A stretch of DNA of 61,128 bases, the filler included, from Globobulimina sp. (lineage: Eukaryota): the NCBI GenBank assembly GCA_003354225.1. It is 13 parts of 13 records of this genome, joined end to end, with 100 filler letters (N's around TTAATTAATTAA, not from the genome) between each part and the next. Parts side by side here need not be neighbours in the genome. Positions count along the whole stretch, not along the records: positions 9,428 to 14,040 come from PIVH01001062.1; positions 14,141 to 18,752 come from PIVH01001063.1; positions 18,853 to 23,463 come from PIVH01001064.1; 10 more parts are not named here. One strand, given 5' to 3'. The position numbers were made by a program, and so were the translations under genes. Below, piece by piece: positions 13,470-23,563 of the stretch. Numbering within the stretch: the stretch's first letter is position 1; each line of letters opens with the position of its first letter. The notes beneath the pieces are model-generated. The model was not told the DNA's origin. It worked only from the letters and a program-made list of their open reading frames with translations, and did no database searches.

Positions 13470-14040
13470 TTAACAAAGGTTCCTCTTTTTTTCACTAGGC
13501 GCAGCATGTTCAGTCAGTTCAGAAACAGAATCATCATTTATGTCATTATGTTGATTGCTTGGTCTTGGCCTCACTTTGATGCCATTTAAAATATATCCGC
13601 CTAAATGTCGCATACTGACCATAGGATGCGTTCTTTGCGGCAAAACCTGTTGTTCTCTAAACCAATTTTCATGTATCCTCAACCCAACGGCCTCAATTTT
13701 ATTCCTGTTCTCCATAAACCACTGTTTAATTTGAATGAGTGGTTGAATGTATTCGCACCAAACCACTAAAGGACATCCAAAATCTAAATATCGATACAAA
13801 TGTTTAAATAACGTAAATGGATAATATCTTGAACATAATATCAAAGAATCACATTTTTCAAATTTAATCCACTGTTTAATATCATATAAACTCGGTCGAC
13901 TCTCTTTATATTTTGATAGTTTTGAATTGGAATCAATAATTTCCTTCAATTTGTTATCGTTTTCATCAGAATCATGTATCCATAACGGATCATTAAATAA
14001 TCCAATATTGACATTATAAACAATTTCATTATCTTTTTCT
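13470..14040 (-). CDS. TRM6: tRNA m1A58 methyltransferase non-catalytic subunit (Gcd10/TRM6), C-terminal part
   Basis: ENWFREQQVLPQRTHPMVSMRHLGGYILNGIKV matches the conserved Gcd10 C-terminal motif. Confidence 0.85.
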
Positions 14041-14140
14041 NNNNNNNNNNNNNNNNNNNNNNNNNNNNNNNNNNNNNNNNNNNNTTAATTAATTAANNNN
14101 NNNNNNNNNNNNNNNNNNNNNNNNNNNNNNNNNNNNNNNN

Positions 14141-14829
14141 TGGCACGAACCGCATGATCTGTTCCATTTGAATACAAATAATAACATCCATAGTGAATAG
14201 GCGATGATCCAGCCATAAGACATTGGCACTAATAACTCAAAATTGTTGTATTTTATATTTATGTCAATATATGACGGATGGTACGAGGGTAAGATGATAT
14301 TATTTGGTATTGGGATTGTAATCAATAATAAGAGACCCACCAAGCCGTTGATTATGTTGTTGTTTATTAAGAAATCGATGATAATGAACATTAATATGTG
14401 GATAAATAATGATGAATATACTATTATTGATGTTAATTTGTTGTAATAATACTTTTTCTCAGCACCGTCGATAAAATCCTTCTCAATGGAGATAAAATTC
14501 GAATGTAATCGGTTTGACATTTGATGCAAAAGTTTATTAAATCTGTTTTTATTTACTTGGATGTGGTCGCGATTAAAATATGCTATGCGTATCGTAGATA
14601 TATAAATGTATAATATCGAGGTTATAATATATAAAAATATATGATAGATATCAAAGAATGGCCAAAATAAAAACGGTGCAAAAATCATAATTGATACTAG
14701 AAATAATATTGTTATTGCAAATGGATAATATCGAAAGAATTCATAAAAGACAAATTGATATACACAATATAACATAAATACTAACGCTGAAAACCACCAT
14801 GAATGATAATCAAAACTAAACGAAACCAT
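14141..14829 (-). CDS. Multi-pass membrane protein (3' partial)
   Basis: Several hydrophobic segments; WIIAYSLW motif. Confidence 0.65.
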
Positions 14830-15415
14830 GTTTACTTATTTTAGGATATGACTAACTCACTTGACTCTTTTCTTAAATAACAAATAAAACTCTTCAAAAA
14901 CTAAAGAAACACTCTGTTCCGTGTGTGCGAGGATAAGTTTATTTCGAAATGAGTTATAATTAGAACGTCCGTACCCTATAAAGTTAATTAAAATTATTTT
15001 TTACAATATTCACAGTTTCACAAATAATTACAAGGAAAAAAGAACAAAAAAAAGAAAACAAGAAAAAGAAAAAAACGAATTATAATTAGTAGAGGATAGT
15101 AAAATAATGATATAATTGAACAATGGAGAGGCAATAAATAATAATGAAGGAAATAATGAAGAAAAAAAATAGCAAACATGCTTACATTACAAATAATAAC
15201 AATGTTGACATCCATATTGAATAATATATATATTCACAAAATTATTATTTCTTTATAAAAATACCTATACTCAGTAGTCTGACAGCAGACTGTCAGTATG
15301 CTGTACAAATACAATGTGAAAGAAAAAGAAGATGTTTCAAGATAAAATTATTAATATAATACGATAGATGCTTTTGTACATATAATACAATTATTTATTA
15401 TACAGAAATAGGACA

Positions 15416-16219
15416 TTAAATATTTTTTCTTGAATGAAGAAATTTGGCTTTTTCTTTGGCATAATCGATAGTAATATTTTTTTGATTTTCTTCAAAAATG
15501 GGAGCTAAAGATATAATTAATTCAAATTCTTGATTCATTTCAGAAATGCTTGGTTTTGCGATCAATTTCAAGCGATGTAAGGCGGTATTTTCACAATTTG
15601 AGCTGGATAAAGTAACTGTTTTGGACGCATGGAATTCATCCCAGGAATCTCCGATACACACAACAACACATTGTCTACCGTTATTTATTGCGAATCGGCT
15701 GGTAATAATCCGTTGAAACACAAAGTATTTCCAAATCATGGTTTGTTTTGGGTATTGACTCGAATATAAATAATTTGCTGAAATGGTTGTAATTTTACCC
15801 CATAATATTAAGTCAAATATGCATTGAAATTTATGATTTTGTATATCATATTTGTCACAATAATCAATTGCTATTTGTAATGACTGTAATACCCAATTTT
15901 GTTCCCCATTGGTTATTATATATACATTTGTGCGTCCATAGATTGATAAATATACATTCAATAAATCTAAAACCAATTCAGACAATTTCCGCAGTTCTGT
16001 TCCGTTTATTTTGTTGTGTTTCTTAATCAATGATGTCGTTGGATATAAAGTATCGTCCCAATCAAATATGACAATTCGGTTACTTTCACATAATGGATAT
16101 CGATAAAAATCATTGAGTGTTGCTGCAATATGTTGTTTCATGTGCACGCGATTCACATTATGTGTACTGTTTTTTAATGCAAACACATTTGGTTTTGGAA
16201 TTGAAGCTGTTGGGGTCAT
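15416..16219 (-). CDS. HAD-superfamily protein (protist DWDDTL type)
   Basis: IVIFDWDDTLYPT, YIITNGEQNWV, CIGDSWDEF. Confidence 0.8.
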   Translation of the reverse strand: MTPTASIPKPNVFALKNSTHNVNRVHMKQHIAATLNDFYRYPLCESNRIVIFDWDDTLYPTTSLIKKHNKINGTELRKLSELVLDLLNVYLSIYGRTNVYIITNGEQNWVLQSLQIAIDYCDKYDIQNHKFQCIFDLILWGKITTISANYLYSSQYPKQTMIWKYFVFQRIITSRFAINNGRQCVVVCIGDSWDEFHASKTVTLSSSNCENTALHRLKLIAKPSISEMNQEFELIISLAPIFEENQKNITIDYAKEKAKFLHSRKNI

Positions 16220-16332
16220 CGAAATCACTTTGTTATGATTGCAAAAAAAGGATTCAACGATGCACCGCAAGCAGAAGGCTAAAATAAAATTGTTGAGATG
16301 TTTGGATAACTTCAGAGTTTTTCTAGTTGAGC

Positions 16333-17256
16333 ATGGCACATGAAAACGATGTGCAAATGGAACTTGGTTCACGCTCATATCTAGGAAAACAAATTCATAA
16401 TAACGATAGTGATACACCAAACGAAAATGACGCAGCATCATATCCAAACATTGGTTTAGGCGAAATATTCTATCCAAAACAACACGATTTACAAAATAAA
16501 ATCAAACTATTCGCACACAATGACGACGAAGACAACGAAAACGACGAAAACGACGAAAACGAGATCGAAGATGAAGCAGACCTACAATTTATCTCATCCA
16601 CCTGCCATGACAGGTCGTGCCAAATTGAATTTGCCAATGAATCCACAACACCGATATATTGTTATTGGCTGCATTATGACTCACATATAAGCCAACCACC
16701 ACACACCATACATCCCGAAGGGTCATTGCGATTAAACACATATTTGACACATCCCTTCGTTATATCCACTGCAGATGTATTAAATTCAGACAATTTCAAC
16801 ACAGTCATTGCAGTTTACATCCCCACAAATCCAAAACATAATATCCATCACGTAATCATTGACGAAGACTTAGAGCAAGTTACAGTGAGTCCCTTCGATG
16901 AAGAGATAAAGCCCCGATGCAAATGTGGTCGCATTCTGCAGCAAAAGGACTTTAAATCGCAACCAAATGACGATGTGCCAGATGAGGATGTGGTCGATGT
17001 CTGTTTTGGGTGCGACAGATATATCGCTGATGGTGATACAGTGTGGATTTGTGACAATTTGCGGCTTCACGTTTATAAAATATATTGTCTGCGATGTGCG
17101 CAACAGCGATCGCAGCCATTGGCTATCATTCGTGCATTTGCTTCAGATATCGATCGGGATTATTGTTGCAATAAGAAATACAAAAATTATCCACGAAACT
17201 TTCCAAAGTTGTTTGAGGCACATTTATTCATAGAGAATGGATTAAGGTATTTATGA
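16333..17256 (+). CDS. VHL beta-domain protein with a Cys-rich zinc-binding module
   Basis: IEFANESTTPIYCYWLHYD...LNTYLTHPFV; CKCG...CFGC...C...CLRC. Confidence 0.75.
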   Translation: MAHENDVQMELGSRSYLGKQIHNNDSDTPNENDAASYPNIGLGEIFYPKQHDLQNKIKLFAHNDDEDNENDENDENEIEDEADLQFISSTCHDRSCQIEFANESTTPIYCYWLHYDSHISQPPHTIHPEGSLRLNTYLTHPFVISTADVLNSDNFNTVIAVYIPTNPKHNIHHVIIDEDLEQVTVSPFDEEIKPRCKCGRILQQKDFKSQPNDDVPDEDVVDVCFGCDRYIADGDTVWICDNLRLHVYKIYCLRCAQQRSQPLAIIRAFASDIDRDYCCNKKYKNYPRNFPKLFEAHLFIENGLRYL

Positions 17257-17468
17257 GATCAGTGAAGTGCAAATATGACAGCTTTGGGATCGACCATCTT
17301 AGATTTAAATAACAGTGCAACCGAATTTGTATATGTTTGTCGATCCCAAAACCTTTTTTGAAGCGCTTAAAATGTGCATGTTGCTCAAAGTTTTTTCTAA
17401 GTTTGCAACATTTTCATGCAGCATGGCAGCGACATTCACTTCACTAACTCGCATAACTACCTTTAAGA

Positions 17469-18752
17469 GTGCTATCATTGGCTACTGATTTGATATTAAT
17501 TTATGTATTGATTAATAATAATTTAGAATTTGAGCAATTGTCTTCTTTAGAGATGGCAAGAATTGCCTTTACATTTTTGCCAGGACTGATCATCTGCGTT
17601 TCATTGTTGATATTATATCACGTCCAAAATGGATGTTGTTGTGGACACAATGACGACGATGACTTATCGCCAGCTGACAAACGAAAGGAATGTTTGAAAG
17701 CCATCTGTATAATTTTAGCGTTGATATCGTTGGTATTTTTTTACAAGATAGCAATGATTGGGATCTGTATGTTTCGTACAATATATGCATTCAAACGCAT
17801 CAGTCATTTAAAACCCGTTCCCTCCGACATTGAAATAAAACACATCAATTTCTTATATCCTTTATTGTATGATCAGGTGTTGAGTGCCTGGCCATTATTA
17901 ATAATAACTTTGGTGCAATTAATTGATTTTAATCATAGTGTGTCACTGTATTCATTCACTTTGTTTATTAAAGTGATATCGAGTACGATCATATTAGTGT
18001 TTGTTGACATGGATAGGTTGCGATTATGGCGCTATTCGTTGTATGACGCACAGATGTTAGTACCAGTCTGTATTTTACATACATCGCGTCCGTATCCTAT
18101 GCGTGCTCGCAAATTAAAGCAAGACAAAAACGACAAAAATTGTGTAATGTGCGGCGAAGTTTGCGAAGAATATATGTTTTTTTGTGCGCATTCTGCATGC
18201 AATGATAATATAGTTTGCAGTGAGTGTACATGGCAATATTTAGGTAAATATCAACAGCATAAACAGCTCGATGATGAAGCATTTTATGAGGATTTAATTG
18301 TATCGACTCACTTTATGAAAACATATAGTGATGAAATTGAGAGATTTGCGGCGGAGAATGGCTTAGGAAATATACAAAGGCATTGTTGGAGCAGTGTTGG
18401 TGGATATATTTGGACTGCAAAAGTGATGTATAATATATTTCAAATATGTTTATTGATTGTTGGTTGTTGGGTATTTCAAAAAGTTTGGTTAATTGAATAT
18501 TTTACAATTGATATCGATGGCGATACGGATACGAATAATGATTCTATGATTAGTACAATTTATGGCTCATTATTTTTGTGTATTGCACTTATATTTGAAT
18601 GCATATTGATAATAATCGAGATTTCATATTTATTGCCAAGCTCAAAAATTGAGAAATCTGTGGCAAGAGTTATGTTTAATTTGTTTTTTGTTTTTTATTT
18701 ATTTGGATTTTCTTTATTACTGTTTGATTATCAACGATTGTCAAAAATGCAT
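17469..18752 (+). CDS. Multi-pass membrane protein with an internal Cys-rich loop (3' partial, start uncertain)
   Basis: Many TM segments; CVMC...CAHSAC...CSEC. Confidence 0.65.
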
Positions 18753-18926
18753 NNNNNNNNNNNNNNNNNNNNNNNNNNNNNNNNNNNNNNNNNNNNTTAA
18801 TTAATTAANNNNNNNNNNNNNNNNNNNNNNNNNNNNNNNNNNNNNNNNNNNNTAATGGCAATCCATATGTGAAATATTCGCCCACAGCGGAAACATCTTT
18901 TACATATTATACCTATGGTGTATTAA

Positions 18927-19124
18927 TTGGATATAGGACCCAATTTTTGGACAACAATGCCTGATAAGCCCTACGATATAGAAAACGATATTGTCTATGA
19001 TCCATTTTTGGGTCAAGGCACATTTGGTATTTCAGCAGTAAAACAAAACAGACAATTCATTGGATGTGAAATTGACAAAGACCACTTTGAAAATGCTAGG
19101 AGGTTAATTTCTGATGCAACCTAA
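18927..19124 (+). CDS. N6/N4 DNA methyltransferase C-terminal fragment
   Basis: DIVYDPFLGQGT (motif I)...FIGCEID. Confidence 0.85.
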   Translation: MDIGPNFWTTMPDKPYDIENDIVYDPFLGQGTFGISAVKQNRQFIGCEIDKDHFENARRLISDAT

Positions 19125-19647
19125 TCCTAATGATTATGATGTAACACCTGATGAACTCAGGAAAAGAATGAAACTGCCAACAAATGCTACAATTATCCAG
19201 TCAGGCGTGGAGCATATGTTCAGTCAGGCCATAACAAAAATGCTAGTTGATCAATATGATATTCCAGGATTAATGGTTCGTACATTTCCTGACTTTATCG
19301 TAATAATTAATGGCCAAACCATACTAGTTGAGGCAAAACAAAAGACTACATCATTAGAAGCAATAGGCCTGTTATTTAACAAACAAAAGGAAAGAGAGGG
19401 ATGCACAGTCCTGTATAGTTTCCCAGATGTTACAATTAACGCCTCATTAATCCCAATGGAAAATATCATCATTCCACCACGATATAGGGAAAAATTTGAT
19501 ACCTATCTCAAGGATTTGTTTCTAAAAGAAGAATGTGAATTCTGTTATGCAGAGTATAATCCAAAGAATGGGAGTGGTGATCCATATCTTACAATAGATG
19601 AAGAAGATCTAAAATTATTATCTGGAGGCAACGAACTTGGCAATTGA
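19114..19647 (+). CDS. PD-(D/E)XK-type nuclease-like protein
   Basis: FPDFIVIINGQTILVEAK. Confidence 0.65.
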   Translation: MQPNPNDYDVTPDELRKRMKLPTNATIIQSGVEHMFSQAITKMLVDQYDIPGLMVRTFPDFIVIINGQTILVEAKQKTTSLEAIGLLFNKQKEREGCTVLYSFPDVTINASLIPMENIIIPPRYREKFDTYLKDLFLKEECEFCYAEYNPKNGSGDPYLTIDEEDLKLLSGGNELGN

Positions 19648-19786
19648 GCATACTTGTGGTACTATGGCATATCGCCTATCATATCAGAAAAAATATCCAC
19701 AAGATCCTAGACCTAGTTATTTTAAGACTAATCGCTATTATTGTGCAAAATGTGATGTTGTAGTTAAGATAACGGAGGGTGAATAA
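19637..19786 (+). CDS. 49-aa zinc-ribbon protein (not in the ORF track)
   Basis: GGAGG upstream of a TTG start; MAIEHTCG...YYCAKCDVVVKITEGE. Confidence 0.6.
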   Translation: MAIEHTCGTMAYRLSYQKKYPQDPRPSYFKTNRYYCAKCDVVVKITEGE

Positions 19787-19954
19787 TGAATAAAGTTACT
19801 TACTTACTTACTTACTTACGTAAGACAGACACCAGTATTTCCACTAGCTATAACAAACAACAAAAAATAATAATTAAGAAAGAAAAAATAAATTTATTTA
19901 TTTATTTATTTATTTTATTTTTATTAAATAATAATAATAATAGGAGTTTTTCCT

Positions 19955-20308
19955 TTGCTTGAGAGAGATAAGACTGAAAAGAAACATGAAACACAAATGG
20001 GTGTATCTCTTGATGATGAAACTCATTCACAATTCAAAATGTTAGCTCTTAAAGAGCATAAAAAAATTAAAGAATTAACTAAAGAACTCATCCTAGATTA
20101 TATTAAAAAACATGGTGATGGAAATCCTGCATTTACTTTAGATCAATGGCAAGATAACGACCAAATGAAAGCTGTGCCAGCATTTTTCAGAACTGCTGAT
20201 GACTGGGAAAAATATCTGTATAGTTTACCAGAATCAGAATTACAAGAAATTATCTGGCAATCTCAAACTATTGGAGCAAGAGCACAAAAGAGGATGAATA
20301 TGATATGA
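19955..20308 (+). CDS. Ribbon-helix-helix DNA-binding protein
   Basis: TQMGVSLDDETHSQFKMLALKEHKKIKELTKELILDYI; AGGAG RBS. Confidence 0.65.
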   Translation: MLERDKTEKKHETQMGVSLDDETHSQFKMLALKEHKKIKELTKELILDYIKKHGDGNPAFTLDQWQDNDQMKAVPAFFRTADDWEKYLYSLPESELQEIIWQSQTIGARAQKRMNMI

Positions 20309-20508
20309 CATTTAGAACTAGCCAAATCAGGCATAATAGAATCCTGGACCTTAGGAAAAAAATTGGTAATGGTTGGAAAATTGATGATTTAATGTCCTTT
20401 TGTACGAACAAACTACAAGTTTCCAAAGTCACAGCTACTAGCTATATTGATGAAGCAGCAGAACCTTATCGTAAAAAATTCCAGGAGGCAGAAAATGAAT
20501 CTAAATGA
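20305..20508 (+). CDS. Small HTH-like viral protein
   Basis: ATGA overlap with the upstream gene; LQVSKVTATSYI. Confidence 0.55.
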   Translation: MTFRTSQIRHNRILDLRKKIGNGWKIDDLMSFCTNKLQVSKVTATSYIDEAAEPYRKKFQEAENESK

Positions 20509-20586
20509 TAACGATTATCAATTTTTGGCAAACTGTACAGAAATAGAATTCCACAACTGGACCATTAGATGGCTAAAGGAGAATCA

Positions 20587-20808
20587 ATGAGTCTAACTAA
20601 ACTAAAATCAGTAAGGCCAGACAGAAGAATTTCTGGACTTTGTCATCGTGGTTCACATGAAAATACTACACATAAACAGATCTGTAAGGGAAGAAATTGT
20701 AATTGTGAATGTCATCCAATAAAACCTAATTTGCCATTTTGTATCAAATGTGATGCAAGGAGAGTTAAAGATGAAAATCAACTCTGTGGTGTATGTAGTG
20801 ATGTTTAG
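20587..20808 (+). CDS. Small Cys-rich viral protein
   Basis: AGGAG RBS; CNCECH, CIKC...CGVC. Confidence 0.6.
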   Translation: MSLTKLKSVRPDRRISGLCHRGSHENTTHKQICKGRNCNCECHPIKPNLPFCIKCDARRVKDENQLCGVCSDV

Positions 20809-21017
20809 TGGTTAGATGTAATAATTGTGGCAAATCCTATAGATATCATTCTGGCCAAAGCTGGCAAAAAGATGGAATTTGTAGGAAATGTGCAAACAAG
20901 ATAAAATTAGAAAAAAAATTTGTTTTTGAAAAATCAATAACTCGTAAATTAACCAGTCCTACTGATTTGTACCTTGATCTGTACACCTGGCAGGAAATGG
21001 ATCAATTACAAGGATAA
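20808..21017 (+). CDS. Small zinc-finger viral protein
   Basis: CNNC...CRKC. Confidence 0.6.
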   Translation: MVRCNNCGKSYRYHSGQSWQKDGICRKCANKIKLEKKFVFEKSITRKLTSPTDLYLDLYTWQEMDQLQG

Positions 21018-21169
21018 ATTTTATGATCATGGCATAGTATCAATTTTGTTTGTTCGATAGATATCTCATCCATTCTGGCACCAATTGAAAAGAGAGCCTG
21101 AATTAAAACGCCAAATAACAAACCCATGAACAGAAACATGGATGTCATCATAACATCAAATTTTTCCAT
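21002..21169 (-). CDS. Small single-TM viral protein
   Basis: MEKFDVMMTSMFLFMGLLFGVLIQALF hydrophobic helix. Confidence 0.45.
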   Translation of the reverse strand: MEKFDVMMTSMFLFMGLLFGVLIQALFSIGARMDEISIEQTKLILCHDHKIYPCN

Positions 21170-21262
21170 ATTGTGTGTATGTACGTATAACAAATAACTA
21201 CTAATTTAAAATTAATAAGAAATTAAAAAACAATAAAGTCTAATAAATTATCAGTTAAGTGT

Positions 21263-21586
21263 ATGGTTTTGCCACAAGATGCAGATGATGATCTAATCAA
21301 AGAGGATATTGCAGAAGTCGGAACAACTAACGCAATAGTTCTGGAAAAAATCAAGAGAGCTAATGAGGATGCAACAGGAGAAATGAGATCACTATTTTTG
21401 AATAATGTAGAATTTACTGGAACACTTCCAGACTTTTATGTGCAAATTACATCAAAATATGCAACTGCATTATTTTGGGTAAAATCAAACGGTACTGATG
21501 CAGCACTAAACCAGGCAAAGGAAATTTATGCACAAGCTGAAAGAATCTTAGAGCAAAGATTCTTGCCAGTAGGGAGCAGAGTCTAA
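21263..21586 (+). CDS. Putative head-tail adaptor (Mu gp36-like helical protein)
   Basis: 107 aa; ANEDATGEMRS...LPDFYVQITSKYATALFW pattern; lies before the fiber gene. Confidence 0.45.
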   Translation: MVLPQDADDDLIKEDIAEVGTTNAIVLEKIKRANEDATGEMRSLFLNNVEFTGTLPDFYVQITSKYATALFWVKSNGTDAALNQAKEIYAQAERILEQRFLPVGSRV

Positions 21587-23463
21587 TGGCTGATGTAACT
21601 ATTCCAGACCTACCTCTGAATAATACACCAATTGGTACATCATTATTTGAAATTTCTACTGCTGGAATATCTCAATCAACCACACTTAATGATATTATTT
21701 TTGGACTTCAATCAACATCAGAAAAAGGTCAGCCAAACGGTTATGCTGGTTTGGATGGTTCAGCCAATTTACTATTAACAAATTTTCCAAGTGGCACATC
21801 TTTACAGGTCCTAAGAAGAAATGCAGGAAACACAGCTTTAGAATTTGCTGATCCATCTGGGGAATCAAATACATCATCTAATGTTGGTGGTGGTGATGGA
21901 TGGGCTTTGCCAAAAGTTGGAGCTGACTTACCATTCAGATCAATATTTGGACAGCTAAACAAAATTATCATAAACGCAAATCCAAATGATATCACACTAA
22001 CCATTGGAACAGAAATTGTAACTCTATCTGATTCTCAAACACTATCAAACAAATCAATCAATGCAGCAAGCAATATTATTACAAATCTTTCAAACAGTTC
22101 TTTACTTCCTGGTGCATTTTCATCAATCCTTGGTATAGGTATTCAGACACAAGCTTTGAACATGAACACCAACCAAATTAACAATGTTGCAAACGGAACA
22201 TCAGACTTTGATGCAGTAAACGTTCAGCAATTACAAGCAGCAATAGCTGGTGTAAACTGGAAAGACAATGCTAGAGTAGCTACTACTGGAAACATCACAC
22301 TATCTGGAAACCAAACAATTGACGGTGTAACTACCATTAATGGCGATAGAGTTTTGGTAAAAGACCAAACACTAGGACAAGAAAACGGTTTGTATAATTC
22401 TGATGCAGGAGCATGGACTAGAACCACAGATGCAGATACTGATGTAGAACTAGATAACATGGCAGTAGCCATTGAGGAGGGAACACTACAAGCTGGTACA
22501 ATCTGGCTATTAATTACAAACTTGCCAATTATAGTAGATACTACACCACTTGATTACATTCAGTTTGGTGGCTCCACCATAGTAGCTGGTGATGGTTTAA
22601 TCAGAACTGCAAACGTAATTGATGCAGTTGGTACTACAAACAGAATTCTAGTTAACGCAGATAATATTGATATTTCCCCTGCATATGTTGGACAAGCTTC
22701 AATCACTACTTTGGGAACTATTGGAACTGGTACATGGCAAGGTGATGTTATTGTAAAATCATTTTTGCCAAGTGAGGTTGTATTTACAGACCAGATTAAC
22801 ACCTATGGATTATTCAAACAAAACTTTACACCATCAGCTACTGATGCAGGAATTAACGTAGGACAACTGGCAGATCCTGATCCAACAGTTCCAATAAATG
22901 GAGATATCTATTACAACACAACTAACGGAAAGTTCAGAGGCTATGAAAACGGAGCATGGGTTGATTTAATCAGTACTTCACAGACACCATGGATATCTGA
23001 CATTGATGCAAGTGGCTTTGACTTGACAGATATTTCAAACCTAGAATTCCAAAATACAACAGGAGTTCCAGCAGGAACTATTCCCTCAATGTATAATGTC
23101 GCTGGTGGTTTGCGATTAAACACAGTTGATACTGCCGACATTGAACTTTTAGTAAATTCTGTAGCAGAATATACCTTTGGAGCTATTGGTGCTAATTTCC
23201 AAGGAAACAATCTAACTAACGTTGTACTCACAACTTTGGTCAATGTTAATAATTCATTAATTTGGGCTGATGGTGTAAGGCAGACATTCAATCCAGATGC
23301 AACAAACGCAGGAATTAACATGGGTTCACAGTCAAACCCTGATCCTACAAACGGTGTAAATGGTGATATCTACTATAACACAGATACCAATACCTTTAGA
23401 GGATTCCAAGGTGGAGCTTGGGCTGCATTAGGTGGTGGTGGTAGTGACACGCCATGGACTGAA
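21586..23463 (+). CDS. Virion fiber/structural protein (3' partial)
   Basis: G/T/N-rich; EKGQPNGYAGLD; WKDNARVATTGNITLSGNQTIDGV...GDRVLVKDQT...ENG motif typical of phage fibers. Confidence 0.8.
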
Positions 23464-23563
23464 NNNNNNNNNNNNNNNNNNNNNNNNNNNNNNNNNNNNN
23501 NNNNNNNTTAATTAATTAANNNNNNNNNNNNNNNNNNNNNNNNNNNNNNNNNNNNNNNNNNNN

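Larger units (their letters stand above)
18853..23463. mobile_element. Prokaryotic (possibly archaeal) virus genome fragment
   Basis: Intronless overlapping short ORFs with GGAG-type RBS; MTase, PD-(D/E)XK nuclease, RHH, Zn fingers, adaptor-like and fiber genes. Confidence 0.8.

Noticed and set aside
15276-15300. Short hairpin CTGACAG-caga-CTGTCAG
   Set aside because: 7-bp stem with no other support
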